NCBI GenBank assembly: GCA_051532055.1
Contig: JAOPTX010000003.1
Coordinates: 153,064 to 217,063 of the forward strand
DNA from: Fibrobacterales bacterium
GTDB lineage: Bacteria > Fibrobacterota > Fibrobacteria > Fibrobacterales > JAOPTW01
Reading direction: 5' to 3'
Length of the DNA stretch: 64,000 bases
Each line of letters starts with the position of its first letter. Positions within the stretch are counted from its first letter, which is position 1. A program made the translations under genes and the position numbers. The notes under the pieces are model-generated. The model did no database searches. It had not been told where the DNA came from and worked only from the letters and a program-made list of their open reading frames with translations. Of the stretch, positions 53,804-61,006 are shown one piece after another.

Positions 53804-54195
53804 TAGTGTCCTCTTAAAGTGTGTGTTCCTCTTATTAATATATGGAGGATAGCACCAGTAAATGAACGACTAAGTATTACTCAAAGTAAAAAATGCCTTT
53901 GTTACTCTTCGTAATATCTTTTTGTCCACAAAAAAGTGAACAATGGTAGTTGCTGTGTATGATCGAAAAACGCACTATTTCAAAAGAGTGGAGGTCTAGA
54001 GTAACTGTATTTATGGGCTGTATCGCGGTATTGATAAAATTATTATTTTACTATAAGTAAAAATTAACTGATGAAGTACTACAGTTTAAGTAAGTGGTTT
54101 CAAGAAAGTATACTTCAAGTATTCGTAATTGATGAACATTAATTTAATTTGTATACTGTTACTCCGTACTATTTTCCATCTAAAAAGAGGACATA

Positions 54196-54336
54196 ATGAA
54201 ATATATTGTAACTTTTGCCTTAACACTTTTACTCTTGTCGTTCATTGGCTGCTCTAACTCTGATATGACTCATGTTGAAGGATGTGGCTGTATCAAATTG
54301 AGTTCAGATGATTATCTATCTTCATCTGATGATTAG
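54196..54336 (+). CDS. small (46 aa) putative lipoprotein, not in the supplied track
   Basis: AAGAGGA RBS lies 6 nt upstream of ATG 54196. The translation is MKYIVTFALTLLLLSFIGCSNSDMTHVEGCGCIKLSSDDYLSSSDD*, with a canonical lipobox (SFIGC). The stop is TAG 54334-54336. Confidence 0.35.
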   Translation: MKYIVTFALTLLLLSFIGCSNSDMTHVEGCGCIKLSSDDYLSSSDD

Positions 54337-54384
54337 GTTACATTTGTAGTAAAGACACATTCTAAACATCTCAAGGCATACACT

Positions 54385-54720
54385 ATGATTGAATTCTGTT
54401 TACCTATATTCACTACCTCGAACCTTGAAACAGCCATGGAGTTATATCAAGACCTGTTTAAGTTTAGTATTGACTCACAAGGGGAGGGGTTTGCCCAAAT
54501 GAGTCGTGATGGGGTGAGTATAATGTTACAGGAAACAGAGAACCCTATTATACAGCAGGTGTTATTTGGAGTATCAAGCTTTCGGGAGTTGTTCAAAGAG
54601 TTTAACATGAATGGCGTCATATTCATTCAACTCCCTGAAAATAGCGATAATGGTAATGAATTTAGAGTAAAAGATTACGATGGAAATATTCTTTGGTTTG
54701 TAGACTCTAAAAACTTGTAG
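54385..54720 (+). CDS. glyoxalase/bleomycin-resistance (VOC) family protein
   Basis: The pattern P-I-F-x-x-x-N-L-E-x-A-x-x-x-Y-x-D-L-F-x-F ... RDGVSIMLQE ... FRVKDYDGNILWF matches single-module VOC/bleomycin-resistance-like proteins. Confidence 0.6.
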   Translation: MIEFCLPIFTTSNLETAMELYQDLFKFSIDSQGEGFAQMSRDGVSIMLQETENPIIQQVLFGVSSFRELFKEFNMNGVIFIQLPENSDNGNEFRVKDYDGNILWFVDSKNL

Positions 54721-54832
54721 GAATTACTCACTCAATTAAAATAGATGAGCTCGATTCACTCCTGTTTATCTAACTTGTAGGCGTCAGCAATTCAGTAATT
54801 CAGCTGTTGCATACGGTAGGTATCGAGTCATT

Positions 54833-55291
54833 ATGATCTCAACAAAAAATAGAGAGATATTTCACATAGATGGGACCCTTCGTGATCTTTTTGTAAAAAA
54901 TACAGGAAAAGTTGAGTGGCAATGTCTTATGCGTTTCCTTATGGACTCTGACCATGAGGTATCGCTCTTAAAGAATCATGAAAAAATTGCTATTACATCA
55001 TTTAGGTTTAAAGATATTTTTGAAACCGACGAGTTGTTTGAACTCGAAATATTTCTTGATGCTGTAAAAGTAAACTGTCAGTTTTTTATTTCTACAGAAA
55101 TAGAGCTCGATATTGATCCTGCAGATATCAAAACAGATTCAGATGCCCAAAATGTTTTCACCTTCATGGAAGCAATTGGTACTGCATTGCTTCGTAATGT
55201 TTTACTGACCGAAGAAAACTCTGAAAATCAGGTGATTGTGGAATATGATCATGAGTCTAATCAGATGGTGTATCGCTCAATTCGAAATTAA
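54833..55291 (+). CDS. hypothetical cytosolic acidic protein
   Basis: Clean 152-aa ORF with no signal peptide and no motif recognised. Confidence 0.5.
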   Translation: MISTKNREIFHIDGTLRDLFVKNTGKVEWQCLMRFLMDSDHEVSLLKNHEKIAITSFRFKDIFETDELFELEIFLDAVKVNCQFFISTEIELDIDPADIKTDSDAQNVFTFMEAIGTALLRNVLLTEENSENQVIVEYDHESNQMVYRSIRN

Positions 55292-55469
55292 AAGATTACT
55301 TGATTACAGATAAAAGCCTATATAGTGATAGTATGGTAATATTCATTTTACATAAGCTTGTGCAATAGGTGATTCCTATCACTACTACAAATCAATAATT
55401 CTATTATTGGCTGAAATAGTTATTATTTGCCTTACAAGTTAAATAGAGAACCTTTAGTTGGGGGGATTA

Positions 55470-57974
55470 ATGAAACAAATCGTTATAATATATAGTGTTA
55501 TAGTACTGAGTTTACTATCGATTTTGAGCTGTGAAAACACTGTTTCTTCTAATCAGCAACGAGATTATATTGTCAGTGTTAATAATGCCTCAAAATTAAA
55601 AATTGATAGTGTCGTTCTTACTGAAATAGTAGTGACTGGCACTGTGGTTGATTCTATCAAAAAAACATATTTAGCACATGAATTGGGGACAGTGGATCAT
55701 GGCGAGGCAGGATATTCGCATGAAATCAACTTGGTCTTACAGGGGGATGAATCATCGTTAGTTACCATCGAATATACAATGTATTCTTATGGAGTACCTT
55801 TCTATTCCAAAAATAAACATTTCACTTTAGGGGGAGCTGTACAAAAGACTGATGTATCACAGTATAAATTGTTGGGAGCTGCTATGGGGGATTATCAGAT
55901 CGAAAGCGGTGGAGCTGATACTACTAATATTGTACTCCTCAGAGAAATATTTGTGAGATATATGGTACGTGTTGATAACGAAAACCCTGATGTTTTTTAT
56001 GTAGCTTATATTAATACACCTAATACTTCAGCATCTGAATTAGTAAATGATTTGGTTTTAAAAAAGGGTGGAGGATTTCTTGCAATGGTAGAAGTCACTA
56101 ATATGTTGCCAGAAGGGATAGATATTGAAGCGCTTCTTAATGGTACTTCTGTTGCAGGAACTGGGGTACCTGAAAATAATTCGAGTAGTAGCACTATTCC
56201 TGTGAGCAGTATTGCTCAACTAGATATTTCAAGTAATGGAGTCATTAGTTCATCAAGTAGTGCTCTGGTAGTATCATCGAGTAGTACTGATCCTGATACT
56301 CTCTCTAGCAGTAGTATGAGAATCGTTTCATCAAGTAGTAGTACGCTTGTGGCACCGTCAAGTAGCAGTGTCGATGAATCGTCGAGCAGTGTTTTGACTT
56401 TTAATGTAAGTATGGAGTTTGCTATAGGGGGCTTTGTTATTGCTGATGGCTCTACCTATACCAATGGATCACAATTAGAACTGGCACCATTACAAGCGGC
56501 GACCATAATTGCGGTTCCTGAAACAGGCTATACCTTTAGTCATTGGGAGGCTTCGGTAGCTGAATTGACAATAGGAAATACGAAATTGACTACAACGTCC
56601 TTAGTTGCAAGTGCACATGGGGTGCTTAAGGCTGTATTCATGCCCATCAATAGAAAAATTATATTTCTTACTACTGATAACTATGGTGCCGTATCATTAG
56701 ATGGTACAGAGTTAACGAGTTCATTTGACTTTATATTTGGAACATCTGTAATTTTACAATCAACAGCAGACTTTGGGTATGCATTTAGTTCTTGGGAGTC
56801 ATCCAATATTACTATAACCAATGATAAACATGCTGTTACGGAAATAACTAATGTGACTGCGGCAAGTAGCACTTTGAAAGCGATATATGAGCCGGTAACC
56901 TACGCTGTACCTTCAGATGTCGTAGGCGGAGAAGGGACAATAAATTTTAGTGGTAACTATACCTTTGGAACCACAGAGACTTTGAGTGTTATTCCAGATT
57001 TTGGCTATACTTTTTCTAATTGGAATGTTGTCGGGGTAGTTATAGCAGCAAACACTGAAAGTACAACAATTACAGGGATCACCTCTGAAATTGCTTCGGT
57101 ATCTGTCGAATTGCTCCCGTTGGTATATTCCATCCCAACTACAACTGTAGGGGTGGATGGTACTATTGACTTCGATGGTTTGTATACCTATGGTACTACA
57201 GAACAAATTGTCGCGAAGCCAGCAGAAGGGAATGTGTTTGTGCGTTGGGAGGCATCCAATGTAATTATCGATGACTCTACGCGAGAAACGGCGAATATTA
57301 CCTCAGTGAGTACTGGAAGTGATTCTTGGGATATTAGAGCTGTTTTTGAAGATGCTATTGGTACTTTTACTGATGTACGAGATGGTCAAAAATATAAATC
57401 GACCATTATAGGCGGTCAGACCTGGATGGCGGAAAACCTTAACTTCACTACGGCTGCTTCTGTGTGTTATGATAATCTACCCCTCAATTGTGATCAATAT
57501 GGTGCACTCTATTATGCAGATGATGCTGAGACAAATGCATGTCCTGCAGGCTGGACAGTACCGACCTATGACGATTGGAATATTTTTAGTGATTATCTAG
57601 AAGAATATGGAGGTGGGTATGATTATGATAATCATGACAATGACTGTATAAATAATTTCGGTGAACCAATTAAATCAACTACAGGGTGGAGTAAATTTAA
57701 TTATAATATGGAGTGCTTGCGTGACTTTGATGAATCAAATATGGTAGATGGCAATGGCACTAATTCATTGGACTTTTCAGCGATACCTTCAGGTTGGAAA
57801 CACAGTGCCCAGGCAGACTATTATATAAGAAAAGGCAGTGAAGCTCACTATTGGGCATCAACAGAAATTGGAAATAATTTTAATCGCACTTTTATAGTCA
57901 GAGAATCACATTATGCTCGTGGTAGCTCTGGTTCTAGAGATTATGCATTATCAGTGCGCTGTATAAAAGAATAA
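55470..57974 (+). CDS. lipoprotein with Ser-rich linker, four Listeria-Bacteroides-type repeats and a C-terminal TIGR02145 domain
   Basis: The track ORF opens at TTG 55458. ATG 55470 follows a GGGGGGA RBS and gives MKQIVIIYSVIVLSLLSILSC (lipobox). B-type repeats are GYTFSHWEAS...LKAVFMP, GYAFSSWESS...LKAIYEP, GYTFSNWNVVG and GNVFVRWEAS...RAVFE. The C-terminal domain runs FTDVRDGQKYKSTIIGGQTWMAENLNF...LSVRCIKE. Confidence 0.85.
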   Translation: MKQIVIIYSVIVLSLLSILSCENTVSSNQQRDYIVSVNNASKLKIDSVVLTEIVVTGTVVDSIKKTYLAHELGTVDHGEAGYSHEINLVLQGDESSLVTIEYTMYSYGVPFYSKNKHFTLGGAVQKTDVSQYKLLGAAMGDYQIESGGADTTNIVLLREIFVRYMVRVDNENPDVFYVAYINTPNTSASELVNDLVLKKGGGFLAMVEVTNMLPEGIDIEALLNGTSVAGTGVPENNSSSSTIPVSSIAQLDISSNGVISSSSSALVVSSSSTDPDTLSSSSMRIVSSSSSTLVAPSSSSVDESSSSVLTFNVSMEFAIGGFVIADGSTYTNGSQLELAPLQAATIIAVPETGYTFSHWEASVAELTIGNTKLTTTSLVASAHGVLKAVFMPINRKIIFLTTDNYGAVSLDGTELTSSFDFIFGTSVILQSTADFGYAFSSWESSNITITNDKHAVTEITNVTAASSTLKAIYEPVTYAVPSDVVGGEGTINFSGNYTFGTTETLSVIPDFGYTFSNWNVVGVVIAANTESTTITGITSEIASVSVELLPLVYSIPTTTVGVDGTIDFDGLYTYGTTEQIVAKPAEGNVFVRWEASNVIIDDSTRETANITSVSTGSDSWDIRAVFEDAIGTFTDVRDGQKYKSTIIGGQTWMAENLNFTTAASVCYDNLPLNCDQYGALYYADDAETNACPAGWTVPTYDDWNIFSDYLEEYGGGYDYDNHDNDCINNFGEPIKSTTGWSKFNYNMECLRDFDESNMVDGNGTNSLDFSAIPSGWKHSAQADYYIRKGSEAHYWASTEIGNNFNRTFIVRESHYARGSSGSRDYALSVRCIKE

Positions 57975-57977
57975 TCT

Positions 57978-58304
57978 ATGAAAAATAAGCTAGTAATTTT
58001 AGTCATCACACTACTGCCACTACTATACATAGTGACTCATATTGCATTGACCATTATACTCTACAGCCTGAGTGAGAACCTTTATGATTCATACGAATCA
58101 TTTATGAGCAGCTTTGACCCCGCAATACTCTATTTTATATTGTGGATTATACCAGTGCTCTTTTATAGTAACCACGCATTTAAAAATGATCAACTATCGA
58201 TACTGTCAAAGTCGAGCATAACTTTAGCCTTTCTGTTTTTCAACATTTTTGCAATGCTCCCGTATTATTACTTTTTCATATTTAAAAAGGCCACCCCGGA
58301 GTAG
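57978..58304 (+). CDS. small integral membrane protein (about 3 TM helices)
   Basis: Three hydrophobic helices (LVILVITLLPLLYIVTHIALTIILY, ILYFILWIIPVLFY, LAFLFFNIFAMLPYYYFFIF). The start is 3 nt after the preceding stop. Confidence 0.55.
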   Translation: MKNKLVILVITLLPLLYIVTHIALTIILYSLSENLYDSYESFMSSFDPAILYFILWIIPVLFYSNHAFKNDQLSILSKSSITLAFLFFNIFAMLPYYYFFIFKKATPE

Positions 58305-58376
58305 CCTTTTGTATGTGCATCAGTTGTCTAATAACTATGCACCATCCTGTATCGTATCACCTGTCCGATACTTGTT

Positions 58377-59876
58377 TTATTCAGAAACTTTCGTAATATT
58401 CCACTGTTGATTGGCTTCTCCTACATACTCCCATTGGTGAATTGATGCGCCATTCCAATAGGCATACTCAGAAACATCAAGTACTTTTCCACTGAGAACA
58501 TTCATAATAATATATGAACCATTTTCGATTTGTGTAAGAATCCACTGTTGATTAAGGCCATTAACCCAGTCCCACTGATGGGCATTACCACCATTCTCTT
58601 TTGACCACTCGGCAACATCGAGAACTTTTCCACTTGCTACATTAGTAATTGCATGACCAAAAGTACTTGCAGTGATAGTCCATTGTTGGTTGAGTCCACC
58701 ATGAAGGTCCCATTGCTGTATGTTTGAACCATTGTCACCACCTGCACCATCGAGTGCTTTGCCACTATGACGTGCAGTAAGAAAGAAACGTTCAGATGGA
58801 TCCCAGCCAGTTATTTCCGCGATTTTAACAAGATCACCATCTACAGTTAATTGAGTCCAGCCAATATACGAGCCATTGATAACAGGGTATCCTTCATTAG
58901 ATTCAGTATTGGTGACTTGGTTAATGACTGCCCCGTTGTAATGATATACATCAAAGTTTCCACCAGAGATTTGTTTACTCAGGTATACGATGTTACCATT
59001 GTCAATGCGGATATCTTTAACCGTTTCATCATGACTACTGATAGAGGTTGTATTCGTTCCGTCAAAAAGAACCACTTCATAGTGATTAAAGTTATACGGA
59101 GGGTGACCACCGAAGTCGTAACGTGATTTCCAAACGACTTGTCCGTTAGAGATAGCAAACTCGTCATCGGATTGAGGACTGTTACTGATGTTGGTTGTTA
59201 CACCGTTTGAGTGCATAAATACTTCACGATCACTTCCTGGAATATATTCACCCCAAACAATGATGTCATTTTCAACAATAGGGTCCATTGCGCCAATTCC
59301 AGAAGGGATTTGTGTAATAATCCCATCTTTCCAGCTATAGACTTCATGTATTCCGAGCTCTCCACCAACCCAAACAATGTGTCCATTGTGTATACTTGGA
59401 TTGTTATCTCTGATGTCATTGTCAGTAATTTGAACAAGTTCTGAGCCGTTGTAGAAATAAACTTCTGAATCGTTGCCGTCCCACATTGAGAACACCACTT
59501 GGCCGTTGCTGAATGAGAGCCCTTCCCAGCCGAGAGATGCTTCAGGTGCAACGTTGTTTGTTTCTGTACCATTATATATGTGTACACCCGGTTCGTTAGG
59601 AACGTGATAGGCGTACCGACCATTTTCAACTCCTGCAAAACGATCCATAAGGGTGTTTTCCGTTATTTGAGTTGCTTCTATACCGTCAGTGATGAAGAGT
59701 TCTTGGCGCTCTCCATATGCCCATGCCGCTCCAATATATGCGCTGCCATTTTCTACACTAAATAGAATTTTCGACCCTGCTGTTGTTGGGTAGGTTACAT
59801 CGGTAATAGTGTATTTTGCTTGTGCAATAGTAGCAGTGAGCCCTAATGCAATTACTAAATGTTTAAATGCTTTCAT
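58377..59876 (-). CDS. secreted protein with N-terminal beta-propeller-like repeats and a C-terminal ricin-B (CBM13-like) beta-trefoil lectin domain
   Basis: Signal peptide MKAFKHLVIALGLTATIAQA. 'NG-x-(V/I)-(V/I)-W' blades repeat (SNGQVVFSMWDG, HNGHIVWVGG, ENDIIVWGEY, SNGQVVWKS, DNGNIVYLS). The C-terminus has three QxW subrepeats (NIQQWDLHGGLNQQWTI, NAHQWDWVNGLNQQWIL, SIHQWEYVGEANQQWNI). Confidence 0.85.
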   Translation of the reverse strand: MKAFKHLVIALGLTATIAQAKYTITDVTYPTTAGSKILFSVENGSAYIGAAWAYGERQELFITDGIEATQITENTLMDRFAGVENGRYAYHVPNEPGVHIYNGTETNNVAPEASLGWEGLSFSNGQVVFSMWDGNDSEVYFYNGSELVQITDNDIRDNNPSIHNGHIVWVGGELGIHEVYSWKDGIITQIPSGIGAMDPIVENDIIVWGEYIPGSDREVFMHSNGVTTNISNSPQSDDEFAISNGQVVWKSRYDFGGHPPYNFNHYEVVLFDGTNTTSISSHDETVKDIRIDNGNIVYLSKQISGGNFDVYHYNGAVINQVTNTESNEGYPVINGSYIGWTQLTVDGDLVKIAEITGWDPSERFFLTARHSGKALDGAGGDNGSNIQQWDLHGGLNQQWTITASTFGHAITNVASGKVLDVAEWSKENGGNAHQWDWVNGLNQQWILTQIENGSYIIMNVLSGKVLDVSEYAYWNGASIHQWEYVGEANQQWNITKVSE

Positions 59877-60292
59877 GTATGATTTTCCTTTATCCTATAA
59901 ATAATTATGTGTAGAGCCTACCGTTATTCTAGATAACGCTTGCTGCATACTTGTATAATTTGATGAAGATTCGACATATGAATCATAGGGTTTTGTTTGA
60001 AAACCAATATAAGATACGACCTCTGAATATCTCTGTAAGGGAGATATGCCCGTTCAGATGTGTCTATTTGTGCCCCATCAGCACTACAAATGTACTATAG
60101 ATATCCGACTTCCTTCATTTTGTAAATAGAAAGTTTTCCTATAAGAAAAGAGTTGTACAACCTTGTGTTAGATGTTTTAGTGAGGAATCAGCTCTAAGGT
60201 GAGAGACTGTATTGTATTAATAAGTGAAATGTTTAGATTTATACTTTTAAACCTACCAACTCTATTTTAGAGCTAATAAACGAGATTATACT

Positions 60293-60763
60293 ATGGAACT
60301 CTATCAATTTTACATTGAACTTATACCGACACGCTGGCTCAGAGACAATGATATTGCCTATCTTTACAACGATGTTCAAAAATTGGATACCTACGAAGCG
60401 TGGGAATTGAATCAACCAAAATTTGATTTCGAACCGATGATTTCAAAAATGTTACCGAAGGGTCCATCATGGTGTAGTGATATTAAAATCTGGGGTGATG
60501 AGAAGGAGTCTGATGTCCAGGTTATTAGAGAGGGCAGTAAAATTGAATCAATTTCAATTCGCATTGATATGCGAAGAGAAGTTATGCCGTTGTTGATTGA
60601 TGTACTAGACCTCGCTTCTGAAATGAAGTGTCAGTTGCTTATTCCAGAGGTAAAGACCTGTATTGCTCCTTCGTTAACGGAGATTAAACCGTTTATACTC
60701 GGGGCTGCTTCTTTTGAATATTGTGGCAATCCTGAAGATTTTGCCGAATGTAAAACCTTATAA
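60293..60763 (+). CDS. hypothetical cytosolic protein
   Basis: 156-aa ORF flanked by long intergenic regions, with no signal peptide and no motif recognised. Confidence 0.5.
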   Translation: MELYQFYIELIPTRWLRDNDIAYLYNDVQKLDTYEAWELNQPKFDFEPMISKMLPKGPSWCSDIKIWGDEKESDVQVIREGSKIESISIRIDMRREVMPLLIDVLDLASEMKCQLLIPEVKTCIAPSLTEIKPFILGAASFEYCGNPEDFAECKTL

Positions 60764-61006
60764 TCATCCTTAAATTATCTAGGGTATTTGGTTCTAAATA
60801 TGGGATCATTAGAGCTATCGTTTGTCACTATTTGAAGCGGTTTAGGGGCTCAAGCAGGTGCTTCCTAAAAGAAAGCTGAATATTTTGGTGTTTCCGGGGT
60901 GTCGTTAGTTATGAGCTAATAATTACTATCTTTTGTAACCATTGCAATTGGTCTATACAGTGCTTTCTACACCTATTTAACTGTATACCATACTAAAGGA
61001 TTTACA

